Shown here: positions 10,730-23,586 of the stretch, one piece after another | Layout of the letters: each line of letters begins with the position of its first letter | Numbering within the stretch: the first letter of the stretch is position 1 | DNA from: Dimargaris cristalligena | Taxonomy: Eukaryota | Length of the DNA stretch: 34,311 nucleotides | Direction: 5' to 3' | Assembly: GCA_003614675.1 (NCBI GenBank) | Contig: ML002393.1 | Location: forward strand, 1 to 34,311 | Made by a program: the position numbers and the translations under genes | Notes under the pieces: generated by a model | The model's database searches: none | What the model saw: the letters and a program-made list of their open reading frames with translations, nothing else | What the model was told of the DNA's origin: nothing

Positions 10730-12950
10730 TTAAGAGCGGAACCCCAGCTGGGAGTGAAGCATCCCAATGCCATTGTCGGCCTGGGGACTTATTGGGCGCA
10801 GGGCAACAGACACGAAGGACTAAAGCAATCGGTAATGTAGAAATGGGCCGAAGTTGTTACAAGAGTCGGTTTTGATGTAGAGTTCGAATAGGATATATAT
10901 TGGGTATATCAAATAGATGCAAAAACAAAATTTACATTAGAGACTGGTTCTATCATGAGCTAGTAATCCGATGCATATGTTAATGATTATTATTAGCCAG
11001 AGACAAGAAATGGGTAGGTGTAGTATCTTCAACTTACAATATTGCTTTTCCAGTTGAACCCAATGCTGATGGTCTCCGCAATGACAGTGGAGTATTCCTG
11101 GTCGGGCATAACCACAATGGGTTGCGGGGAAATGATGCTGGTGATTTTTTCTTTGGGGAACCGGGTGAATAGGTTCTCCTTGGGGCGGTAGTCGTGCTGG
11201 CTGCGGTTATACATCTCATTACGCTAGAAAAGTCAGAGAGGCGATAGAAAATGGGGCCGACCGTGGTAGATGCAGTTAGTATTCCATGGTCCCGAAAGTG
11301 CTGCCCCACGATTATTCGAGGCTATATTATGCACTGCTTGGTGGCTTGAGTGTATCGTGCACAAGACATACTACACATTGCTAATAAAACCAAATGACAG
11401 GAGTTGCAAAATTACCTTATAGACGAAAGAACGAAAGTTGATGTCACGGAACCCGGCGGTTTCATCGGTGATGTATACCTGCCATACAATCTGGTACACC
11501 CCGGCTGGGACACTGGGAAACATGGCAGCAATCTGTGCATGCAAGGGAGGTAGGAGCGGGCAGGAAAAGTCAAAGTATGGAAACCAATTGGGAGCAGAGA
11601 ATTATTAGTACTAATAAAGTCAGCCGACGGTCACCAGCGGAGGGAGGGTGCAGACCGGGAAATGTCTGACCACGGTCAAACAACCATTGGGGATTTATAC
11701 GTCACTGGCCGACTCTACGGCGATACAGTAAGTATGACGCGACGATGCCAGGGGGCTGGAGTTAATGTGTATAAAGATGACGAACCTTGAAATTGTTGGC
11801 GCATAGAACAGTCAATAGTTGGAGGTCGGCACTATAAATGAGCAGACAGGGGGGATGCATGGACAGTGGACATATGGCAGGGTCAGTAAGACTGCATAAT
11901 GTTTTCAGGAAATGGGATAGTCGGTTTCAAAGACACCCAGTGGGTGCCCCATCGTAGATGTGTTCTGGGAATGGTGATCCAGTATAGCCATTTCGGGTGG
12001 GCTCGTATACCCAGCCAGGGGAAGGGGAAATGGCCGTGAGAAAACCAGGCGTTGTGAGACGGTTACGGACGGGAGGGTCTTATGGTTCCCCGTACCATTA
12101 TAGAGGATGCCTCCTATATTGTGCGGAAGCAACCAGGGGGAAAGGGAATCACTATTTTACTTACATCTCGGGATGTGGGGTCACGATAATCCGGCCATTG
12201 GGGGCTTGGTGGTCGCAGCTTTGGGCGCAGGAGAATTTAAGATCCCCTAATGATACAAATATGGAAAGATTATCACCAAGCAAGCAAGTTAAAACCAGAA
12301 AAGGGCCGGGAAATACGAGAGAGATGGGGAGCGGGAGGAATACCAAAGGTGAACACGATGCATCATTCAATATAGGTGGGTGTACTTACGGGATTTGAGG
12401 AAGGCTAGGCGACAGGACCCTTGGTGCCGCATGATTTTGTCGAACTTGCGGATGGACAGGGGGTACCAAAAGCTTTCTTCTTGGGTGAGATCGTACAGAT
12501 GGCGGCTGGTCTATAGCGCGACAAGTGGGTATTATTGCACGGGGTAACATGATAGTTTCAAAGAGGGATTAATACGACATACTCTGCAGACTAAGCAGTG
12601 CGTGAATGATATGTCCAGCTGATACCATAAAAGGCGAGTGACGTGTGGGTATAATATCAAACACCATACATATTCAGCAGTCCTTCAGAGTAGAGAGGCT
12701 CTGGGTATAATTACAACAACAACATTGGTCACCACTCCCGACTGCTGTTCTGTTACATTCCGCATATACGTAAAGTAGCATATAGTATAGAGGCAATTGG
12801 CCATACCTGAGTGAGGCTGATAATGTCGTGCTCCCCGAGGTAGCGGGTTAGGCGGTAGAGTATGTCCTCAGGAAGGCAGTTGAAAAGACGGGGGGCGGGT
12901 TTGAGGGTGCTCAAGTGAGCGGAACGAGGTTGAGCCTGGGGCGAAGCCAT
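10730..12950 (-). CDS. F-box protein with PP2/Nictaba-like C-terminal domain, 261 aa; exons 12950-12807, 12510-12390, 12246-12165, 11831-11786, 11532-11416, 11223-11038, 10819-10730
   Basis: Spliced F-box LPEDILYRLTRYLGEHDIISLTQ|TSRHLYDLTQEESFW. All six GT-AG introns are phase-compatible. C-terminal VPAGVYQIVW and WKSNISFVSVALRP resemble PP2-domain motifs. Internal exons 3-4 are less certain. Confidence 0.72.
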
Positions 12951-13896
12951 GGTGACAGTGTAACTGGGTGGGCAAGGAATGTCGGTGGAATATGAAGGAT
13001 AGGTAGGTCTAGGGAAATGCAGGAGCGAGACGAGACAGACTAGGTTGGTGAAAGTGAAAAGTGGGCGGGTAAAACAACAAGTAGTGCTAGTTAAACAAAG
13101 AGGACGGGGTGGTGTGATAAATAATAATATGCTATGGGGAGGGGTTTGATACAAAAGGCGGAAGGAAGGGGGGTCTAGGAGGGTATTTATACGGGATACG
13201 CACACCCGCAAAATTGGAAGTACTTAAAACGACTTGGATAAGAGGAGACAGTAGTAGTACTTGAAGTGGAAAACGCCCCTTGCCGTAAAGGTGGGGAAGG
13301 GCATATAGTCAACCAGAAGAGAAAATATGAGAAGGAGGGGGAGTGGCTGCTATACAGAACCTCGCCCCGCCTATAGCATAGGAACCGACCTTTTTTACCA
13401 GCCGATGATAATAGGGTAGTGGAAAAACACAACCACTAAGACTGTAGCCAGTGCGGAGGAGCACAGCGCGGGTAAAAAAATGCATCCTGAGACAAAAAAC
13501 GGGTCCCATGGATCCGATGGCTATACTGTATATGATAGATAGATAGATAGATAGGGTGAAGATAATGTTACTTCTAACCAAACCAAACCACACATACCGC
13601 CAGCTTGGCACTACTAAAGGTGATTCGATCATTGAATATCACGAAAAAGGAATTTGGTAAGTTGCACTGAATTAACACCATTTCTATACCACTCATGCAG
13701 TGCAGTGATCGTGTCTCCCCATACTCTACTAATTTCCGAACTATCGCCTCATTTTTATCCGCCAGCCTCCCCCACCGCGCGTGCTAAACAGCCCCCACTG
13801 CTTGGCGGGTTTCTAATTTCACCCGCTAACTTACGACTAGACCGTGTATATATTTCGTGACAATAGCGGACGCCGGTGGCGAAATGCCACCCCATG

Positions 13897-16412
13897 TCAC
13901 CCGGAACCGCTACCTTCATCTTCCCCCAACCCCCGTCGCTTCCGCCGCTGTTCAGCAATGAGGGTCTGGGCCACGGCCAATTCGGATGAATTCAGTTCCT
14001 GGGTAAGCACCGATATCGCCAATATAATATTGTTGTTCTAAAATAATAGTATATATATATAAGGCGTTGGTAAATTGGTACATGTGATGCAATCCAGCCC
14101 ACATAATGGATTAAATTAGTACGCTAATCAATGGGCCATCTAAAAGCGTAATAATGATTGCCCGGCGTAAAAAGGCTAGGCGTTACTAAATCCACAGTGT
14201 CCATTCTGCCGATAGTATAGTATAACCACCGGATAATATATATATTACGACACACACACCTACACCCCCCCCTGATGATATATAATACCCCGGGTACCTT
14301 GACACCATTGGCCCGAATTTCCCTTCCCTATTTACCAGTCAACTCCCCGTATTCATTCCACTCGCAGCCGTTTCCTTCGATTCAGCATCACTCACCCCTA
14401 CCCCCATTCCACCCACCCACAGCTGTTGGGAATGAATAGGTAAGTAGTCCCGGCTTGGCGCATACTCATGCAGCTGGGGTATTGGTATAAGTATAGGTAT
14501 AGGAAGCAGCCGTCCATGGTTAGGGTTAAAAAAATACTACTACTACTGCGGGGTATAAAAACGGCAGAGGGAAATAAATGGGAGCAAGTTGCGCGTGGTG
14601 CGGGCAGGCACAAGGGTAAAAATACCAGCCCCTGTTTTACCCACATTCATCTCCGCCCACTACCCCAAACTCGTACTACAGCCCTGGTTGCTGGTTTCGC
14701 TCATATCCGACTGGGACTAATATGAACCGCACCTACAAATATAGGCATTTTCCTCTTCCTCATCCTAAGCACCTCCCCCCTCCCTCCCGCACCACTGGAC
14801 AGGGGGGAAACAGAAAATATTCCTCCCTGGAAATCTATCACACACTCTTACATATACACACACATGCCCTCTCTCTCTCTCTCTCCCTCCATCTCCCTCC
14901 CTGAACCAGCATCCCTTCCCTGGCTGTAACGCAAGGCTTAGGGGGAGCGACACCGAACGATAAAAAACCAAACCCTCAGGCATCCCCCAAAAAGAGAATC
15001 GGTAATGATGAAATAAATAGATGAAGCATAAAAAGCCTTGGCACGTCTACCTTAATAGTACCCTTGCGTGCAGTCGGCATAGAATTCGGCTGACCCGGAA
15101 CCGAGGGATAAGAGACGTCGCCAGTCACTCCGGGATGGGGGAGGCCGAATGATTTTACGGTGGTGGACGGGGGAGGAGGAGGAGGAGGAGGAAAGCTTGG
15201 CCGGGCCTGATCTGCGCCAAGCTGATCAAATTCAGGGGATAAACAGGGTGACGTCTCCGTAGGGTGGACACGAGTTGACGATATGGTCACTGGTCGTCCG
15301 TGGATTTCTTGGTTAGTGAACGTAGCCGAGGCCCTAGTTACTTGTCTGGTGGTCGTGGCAGTAGTAGTGGTGGTGGTGGTGATGAAATGGGCATGCACAT
15401 TCCGCCGTGTATCTCGGGATGGAGTCTGGGCAGGCGGCTGGGGTGGAGTAAGTCCATAGGGGCGGGCTGTCTTAGCATCGATAGGTTTGGAGACAGGAGG
15501 GGCCTCTAAGGGTATGGACGGATCCGTCAGCCAGTTAGAAATAGCTTGGCCCAAAATATAAGAGGGGTAATTGAAAGAAAAAACGGGGTGTTGGTAAGCA
15601 GGAGGCTGGACCCGGGCCAACGCATGGTTATGCATTGGTGAGCTGGAGGTATGAGGCTGGATTGTTCTGCTAAAGGGGATACTAAAGTGCAAACCGGCTG
15701 CTTGTCTGTGGTTCCCAAAGCAGTTGGCCAAGGCTATCTTATTACATGGGTGGGTGGACTTACATTTTCCGTCTAGACGCACAACCTGCGGTAGATGGCG
15801 GTGAATCCATTGCGTATAAGCCGGAACCAGGGCCTTTGGATCCGGAGTCGGAGTCGGAGTCGGAGGTAAGTTCTGCCAGGGATTACCAACAACGTGTAAT
15901 ACTTGCAGCTGCTGCAATCCAGTCAATTCGAGTAGAACCCGGAGATCTTTTAACCAATTGTAACTAACGTAGAGCTCGTTTAGAAAATGACAGCTGGCTA
16001 GCCCACGTAGATCGGTGAGATGATTATGGTTTAGACATAAAACCCGGAGTTGGGCCAACGGACGCAGGTGCACCACACTCGTCAAACCACGACCACTGTC
16101 CGGGTAGTCAACCGGGTGCAGATGGATATATCAAGTGATCAAAATATACACGCGGCTGTTTAGCATCGTCGGAAATAAAAGGGTCTACATTCAACCGGAC
16201 CCGCGGGCACATCCTGCACCGAGTCACCGCCCTCTAAAATGAATTGGTTATATTGCTGGGCCTCCTTGGGAAAATAAGCGGCCAAGCCGGGCTGATGTGC
16301 GCCGCCTCTGTACATTCCCATGCCTTTCCGCTAATACTTACCGTAGACTCAGCCGCTGTAGTTCCGGCGGAGGTGGGGGGCGGCGGGTGTCCTTAAACCC
16401 AGCGACGTGCAT
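13897..16412 (-). CDS. Leucine-rich-repeat protein with Pro/Thr-rich region; firm exons 16412-16342 and 16095-15764, probable last exon 14037-13897, middle exons unresolved
   Basis: LQRLSLR|GRGLTSV joins in frame. LRRs LRVLCLNHNHL, LNELYVSYNWL, LQVLHVVGNP, and an LRR-cap-like YTQWIHRHLPQVVRLDG followed by GTAAGT. Linkage of the 3' exon is inferred. Confidence 0.6.
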
Positions 16413-18031
16413 AGTAGTAGCTACTCAGCCAAAGTGTATAAAAGTATAATATGGGATTCAGTCGTAATCACCGGCTCCTTCGATGGAATCAACACTCGGG
16501 CATCTCAATAGACGAACACTGAACACTCATTATCATTCTCGGTTTACCTTAAACAGATGGTTACGCCGGAGGAGGAGGGACGCAGGAATCGCCTTGAACG
16601 ATTGAGGCAGGGTGGAAAAGGAGGGAGAGGATAGGGTTCAGTCACCAGCTACTGGGTGGTTAACAATCAGCGGCGACAGCGGCGGCGTCGACGGCAGTGA
16701 GAATGCAGGAGGTCACCTGCAGAAAGGTTCGGCGATGGAATTGATGAGCATGTCGGAGTTAGGCGGATGCGGTGGGATTTGGATATGCGATAATGAATAG
16801 AAGGCAACCCCGCCTTGCAGTAATGAACTAAGCGAAAAAAAAACCTGTATGAGTTCCGAGGTATTCTCTCTGGAATCCTGGAGTCGGTCAGGCTATAGTA
16901 CTAGATTACAATGGTTCGGACCTATGAAATAGACTCGCCACCCGCTTGACCCATAACGTCAGTCTTGTGTAAACGGCGATTGGCTTTTTTCTTTAGTTAA
17001 TGGGCCCTACCACTCTACTGGTACTCATGGCTCCTGTAAAAAAATCGAACTGAGCTACAATTGAGTAATGGTCTATACATTATTTTCGCTAATGCAAAAC
17101 GGCAATGAAATCGACCCGGGATCCCATTATGTTCACTGAATATGAAAGTGAAGTGAATACAGACAAATATAGGGATATCCTCTTAGCACTGGGCAATATA
17201 ACCTCAATAAAGGTACCATGGGCCTGGTTGGGAGTAACCTGGACTAATTTGTTGGTTAGAAATGTATTGGAAGCTCAGTCCTTCGATGGTCGTCTTGGAA
17301 TGGTATTCAATTAGAGGCTCTGGGGGCAATAATGTAACAATTGTGGTTATTGTACGTCTACAAGTCACCAACCTCATCATCTTGGTGTAGGCACGGCCGA
17401 CTGGTAATTAATGAACAAACTCGGTCTGATGTATGGGACTGTTTAAATCTATAGGTTCGATTAAAGGATCGCGGCCATGATTCGATGATTTACAGAGTAT
17501 TCGTGTTATATATACTGTAATACTCAGGCTGGGTTGGCGTTTGGGCGTTCAACAGTGCTGTAACGGGGAGAAATCGCACCCAAGTTCGGCCATCTACACC
17601 GATACCCCCTAAATTTCCAAAGATTCAGGTTGGATGATCCAAGTTTCGGAATACAGTTTGTTGCCTAGGAGCTGCATTAGCTTTGGGAAGCAACCAATGT
17701 CTTGGCTTATAATGCTGCCAAAGGATACTATGGCCTATACCAAATTACGTTGAGGTGGGTTGGGTAGATAGTCCTCCTGTAGGAATTGCTCCTGCTGGAA
17801 TGCGGCTGACTGAACCAACACATTGGACGTCAACATTCTCCTAGTCGCGCTGGCTCCGACTGACGTACCAAACCACCCAGCCCCATGAGCCCATTGAATT
17901 CACTATGCAATTACCTTTGCTCTCACAAGTCCTCATTTTAAGCCTTCTTCAATTCAGCATTCCTCATATCTTTTCCTTTTTTACCAGCCATCTTTAATTC
18001 TCCGCCCTTTCGGTTTAATCTTCTCCAGTCG

Positions 18032-19878
18032 ATGGCCTCCACCCAAGCGCCACCCGAAGGCTCGGCCCACAGCCATCGGCCCTACGCTAATCCCATCGAT
18101 CCCTCGCTGTCCCCCGATAAATTGGCCCAATTGAATCCCCTGCACAATGCCTTCGCCGGTTCCAGCGCGCTGCTCCAAGACCCCGCCAACGCGGCCCTGC
18201 TTCAAAACGGCGGTCTAGGCTACAGCCAGGGGTACTATACATCCGATCCGGGCTTGTACACGGGTCAGAGTGCCAGTCGGGGCCTGTTTAACTACGCCGG
18301 TATCCGTTTCCTCACGGTGGCTCTCTCGAATCCGTTTGAGGTGGGCCAAACTCTGCTCCAGGTGCAGCACTTGCCGAGTGACACGGAATTAACCGTAGAC
18401 GGCGTGGCGGCCCTACCCGAGAGTACTGGGGGGCGCGATGGAGGCTTCGATAGACACCATGTAAGTTTGATTAGCTAAGTTTCTAATTAATCCGATCCAC
18501 CATTGCATCTTGACAACTGCTTCGCACAATCGCTAGATTAATAGACAAGATAGTTTATTGATTTAACTCGGTTGTATTCCACCGATCTGGCTTTCCCTTT
18601 ATCTAATTTACCTCGTCGCAGGTCCCCGGTCCCGAAGACCCAGGCTACTACGAATACCTTCGCAATAATCCCCCCTCGGCCTCCGGAACCCCCCTTTCGC
18701 ATGCCTCCCTCACGCATGGCCGCCGCCGGGGGACCCCCCGAACCGACCACACCGGTTACTTTGTGCCCTCGGTCAGCACCCTAGATGATGACGGTACCCG
18801 CGCGGCCTATGAACTCGGTATCCTAGAAACCGGGGTATGGGGCACCATGCGGCGGCTGTACAATCACCCGCAGGAGGGCCTCCTGAGCCTGTTCAAGGGC
18901 CAGTTTACCGGGTGGGTCTGGGAAATGGCGCAGCTCTTTATCCAACCCACCCTGGAGGGCTACCTTAACGAGATGTTCAACCTCTACGACGACACCATTC
19001 CGCTGATGCACCTCGACCATGTGTGGCCGAATCTGAGCACGTTAATCGCCAGCAACGTCATTACCGGGGTGGCCCTGAGTCCCCTGGAACTGGTCCGCAC
19101 CCGGCTTATGCTGCAACCCGGGCAGACCAACCGGCAAAAATACAGCGGGCTGTTTAATGGTCTGAGTACGATTATGAGGGAAGAAGGAGGGTTGTGGGCC
19201 ATGTACTTTTCCACGGTGCACTTGATTCCCACCGTGGTTTTCCACTCACTGCGCCCGCTCTTCGAAAACACCGGCAGTCTGGTGGTGAATCGGGCTCTGG
19301 GCATCTCGAGCGAGGATACCCCTTTCACGTCCGCCGTGGCCCATATGGCCTATTCCATGCTGGAACTGCTGGTGGTGCTGCCGGTCGAAACGGTCCGTAA
19401 GCGCCTCCAGGCCCAGCCGCGCTATACCAAGGAATTCATGCTGACTGTCACCGCCGACCAGCGGGCCCGTTCGGCCTCCGGTAGTGGTAGTAATAACGGC
19501 AGTGGTGGAGCGGCCGCGGATTTCCGACCCTATATGACCAGTGTGCCCATTACCCCGGTGCCCTACACCGGCATGCTCAACTGTGCCTACCGTATCATTA
19601 CGGAGGAAGGTCGCTCGGCGAAACAAATCCGGGCGGCGCGCAAGGCTATGGACCCTTCGTTGAACTCTTCGAATAATAGCGGCCGCCATGACCCTCTGCA
19701 GGAACATGACGGCGGTGCCAGTCGGTTTAACCGTCGCCGACCCACCTCGGCCACTCCACTGCCCGTCACTTGGGGCCTGCGTGGTCTGTACCAGGGTTTC
19801 GGCCTCCACTGCACTAGTCATGTGGCGCTATTCCTGGTAAACCTGGTGGGACCCATTACCGTGGAGGAGGACTGGTAG
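18032..19878 (+). CDS. UGO1: Mitochondrial outer-membrane fusion protein Ugo1 / SLC25A46-like; exons 18032-18460, 18622-19878
   Basis: Degenerate carrier motifs NPFEVGQTLLQVQ, SPLELVRTRL, LPVETVRKRLQAQ, GLRGLYQG; N-terminal HRPY; GTAAGT..CAG intron restores one frame. Confidence 0.85.
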
Positions 19879-20630
19879 AGGGATAACCTTGCTTAATTTT
19901 TGGTATGGATTCCTGTGTTTTATAGTATCTTTTATTTTTATCTTCTTTATTATTTTATTTCGATAGGGTGCTGCTATTCGCCCCTTTTTTCAAAAAGAAA
20001 CCTTTTGCTGGGCCATTGAGTTGAGCTGGCTTTTTTAAGAATCTAAAATAGATGTTACATAGCGCTAAATTGAGACTGGGTAACTGACTGAAATTCGGTA
20101 TGTTCGAGAGTTACTGGGCCTGGGCATTGGTAAACGGCATCCCAATAGTAACTTGTCTCGGCTGGTGAAATAGAGTGCCTTTTTAAGCGGGGGGATTGTC
20201 TTTAAAGGCGATGTATTTAATCGGTGAGCTTCACTTAGATTTATGAAACTAGGAAATGTCTAGTAGTAGTGGTAATGGTAGTTGTTGGGTGTGGTTTGAA
20301 GTGAAGCCTATAGGTGCCCTAGATCCGGCTCCTAATCCGGACCACTTGGGGCTGATATAGTGAGGGAAATACATTACGGATCACGTGAATGGTAGGTAGG
20401 CTTCAAATTTCATTAGATTGAAGAGGAATGGCACAATATTTGGGATGCATTTTTTGAGAGGGGTCTATTTTTATGTGAAAGTTGTTCGAGACAACAGGTA
20501 GAAGGTATAAAGCCGAAAAGTGGCTCGCCCCACCCATCGATTCCACCTCTTTCGTTATTCGGGACATCGCCTGTCACATCCATCACATTCTATACCAACT
20601 TTACGGTTGCTATCCACTTCATCGACTCAA

Positions 20631-22364
20631 ATGGTACGTGCGAGTAGCCTAGACAAAGACACCGAAGGGAAACCCCATCCACTCGTCACCATACCCATCC
20701 ATCCATCCATCCATCCATCTATATATTCCGATACATGTGTACCGGCCAAGAGGGTCGATTCGGAACGATGAAACCGTCTCGATGGCATCCCAATCCCCCG
20801 CTTCACAATATCCGTAATAAGTACCAACCCTTCACGAGACTAACACTACGCCACTTCCTTTTGCTGATTCCCACTTAACCACTCCCCCGCATCGTCCACT
20901 TCTGTAGGCTCCCACTAAGCGCACTGGTAAGAAGGTGGCCCCCGCCCCTTCCGTGGCCCGTTCCAAGACCACTGGTCAGACCAAGAAGAACCCCCTCTTC
21001 GTGGCCAACCCCCGCATCTTCTCCGTCGGTAATGCCATCCAGCCCAAGCGTGACCTGACCCGCTTCGTGAAGATGCCCGCCTACGTGCGTCTCCAGCGCC
21101 AGCGCCGCGTCCTGAAGCTGCGTCTCAAGGTCCCCCCTGCCGTGAACCAGTTCACCAAGGTCCTGGACAAGAACACCGCCACTAACCTGTTCCGTCTGTT
21201 CAACAAGTACCGCCCCGAGACCCGTCTGGAGAAGCGCACTCGTCTCCGCACCGCCGCCGCCGCCAAGGCCGAGGGTAAGGACCTCCCCAAGTCCCCCAAG
21301 CCTTACTCCGTGAAGATGGGTATCAACCACGTCACTGCCCTGATTGAGGCCAAGAAGGCCCAGCTCGTCGTGATCGCTGACGATGTCGAGCCCCTTGAGG
21401 TAAGAACCACCCCCTTGAGTTGTGTGATATACCATGTGGTGGTGCTGATATTTTGCGAGTTGGTTTGATAATAGCTGGTGGTTAATCAACGACATTTTCC
21501 CCTCGTCAGTATGGCCTTTTTCGCTGGGGGGCTGTCCTCTGAGAGAATGGTCGCGCCTGGATCAGCTACATAATTGGTAGTTCCCTTCGAATTTATGCAT
21601 TCGATCCCAATCCCGACTGGTGATTCAATTACCATTGGTGAGGTTGGGATGTCCTTTCCCATTTTTCACCATTGGAGTCCCTCTTGGGACGACAGTGGCG
21701 TTGCGGAAGGGACTGGGGAACTATATCGCCTAAATATCGTTGGGTGTGTCGGAGGAAAATGAAAGGGGGTGGTGTAGTGGATTATTAGTTAGTGGGGTTT
21801 TCTTGCATGAACACCCCAATGCCTATTAATGCTATTCCCCCACCCCGTATCCTGGCTACCGACACATTAGAATAGTCGTCTCATCCACGCACTAATCCAT
21901 GACCCTTCGATACGGCCCGTTCATCAGAACTAGTACTTAACTCCGCGTCTATTTTTGGACTAATAGTGAGCAATGCTTTCCCCCCATTTTTTTTTGTATT
22001 ATACTGTATTTCTACTCGGTTACTACCACCACATCCCCTGTATATTATTGTATTGTGATAGCTCGTCATCTGGCTGCCCGCCCTCTGCCGTAAAATGGGT
22101 ATCCCCTACTGCATCGTCAAGGGCAAGGCCCGTCTCGGTACCGTCGTGCACAAGAAGACCGCCACCGTCCTGGCCTTCACCGAGGTCCGCGAAGAGGACA
22201 AGAACCAGCTCGCTACCCTGGTGTCCTCCATCAAGGCCAACTTCAACGACAAGTTCGACGAACACCGCCGTAACTGGGGTGGTAACACCATGAGCCAGCG
22301 TTCTCAGGACGCCAAGGCCAAGCGTCAACGCGAACTGGCCAGCTCCATCGCCATCCACGTCTAA
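20631..22364 (+). CDS. RPL8: 60S ribosomal protein eL8 (yeast L8 / human L7a); exons 20631-20633, 20908-21399, 22062-22364
   Basis: [67 protein letters not shown]-only first coding exon; strong codon bias. Confidence 0.97.
21468..21573 (+). ncRNA. Candidate intronic H/ACA-like hairpin in RPL8 intron 2
   Basis: ANANNA (ATAATA, 21468-73), lower stem gctggt/atcagc, internal pocket, upper stem gacattttc/gagaatggtc, ACA at 21568-70, 15 nt after the upper stem. No target established. Confidence 0.4.
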
Positions 22365-23586
22365 GATCTCTCATTATTTCCCCCGTTTTACTCGTTCGGT
22401 CTGCATGATCTTCGGAATGCCCACTAGTTGAGTCTAATAAACTGTCGTGGACGTATTTTGTATTTTTATAGGCTTGGTATCTGGTTGAATACATGTCTTT
22501 AGCAGGGGGGATATATTTAAACAGTTGGCTGTGGATTGTTGTGTTCCAAATTAGGACCCTGTATTCCGCGTTGGATTCATGAACGCTCTGTCGTAGGAGG
22601 GGGTTTACTGCTGTCGTGTGGATATTTGAGCGACACCTCCAGACTGTGCCCTCTAATTCCCACATACTTAAGTTTTCTATTTTGGCTGGAAAATAGGATA
22701 GTTGTGTTTAATAATGAAGGTTGGGGAGGGTGTGTAGTTGTTTTAGATGGAAGTATCCATTTCGGAATCGTATAGGCAAACCGTACCTGCCTTGTATTAT
22801 CTCCTTCTTGCTTGTGCGATGCTTAGCATTCCAGCGTGCTGCTTTGCTTGTAGCCCAGGAACCCAATGAGCGAGTTCCACGCTTGTTTTCCGAATAAACT
22901 GCAGCTCTCCATCTATATACCTCTATGGCTGAGACGGCAATACTACCCTAGTGATTCGGGTGAATCAATAATATACTGGAATCTTCTCCCATCCCAAGCA
23001 CCCGGCGGGACCAAATCCTTGTGTGAGTGATCAGAAAAGAACCCCTGCCTGCTCAGGTGGTTCCGAAACTCCGCATTAATTCACTCCCCCCTCCCCACAC
23101 CTGCAGCAGCAGACACCCATTTCCCTTGGGCTGAACGGGGGGGGAAAGAACGCTCCGCATATGCTGGCGTTCTTAAGGATCCCTCCTCCCGCGGTTCCCT
23201 TGATCCTTCGTTTCGGTTGTTTAATATTTTTTCGTTATTGCGTTGAGTTCGAGGTCCCATTCTCAAGGTAAGCAGGTGTTCTCGCTGGGGTCTGTGCCCA
23301 TCTACATATCTGCTCTACCACTGGACTATGCTATGCGCGGTTCTGGGCTGGCTACTCAGCTGCTCTGACCCTCATCTCGCTCTGATCTAACCTCCCCAGC
23401 CTTACCCGATCTCTGACTCTGCCCTTCCCCAGACGTTCCCCCCCATTTAGCGTCTTGGTCATCCCCTCGTTTCATCTTTGTTTTCTTCACGTACTGTCTT
23501 ATCGATCGATTTTCTGGTTTCGACCCGTCCCCGTTGCTGGTATTCTGTCTCGCTAACTTCGTCTGTTAACCGTACACGATCGCACT

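Noticed and set aside
12753-13211. 152-aa ORF as a complete gene
   Set aside because: Only 12950-12807 is coding (F-box exon 1); the rest is UTR or intron.
20875-22665. Antisense ORFs over RPL8
   Set aside because: Same codon-bias artefact.
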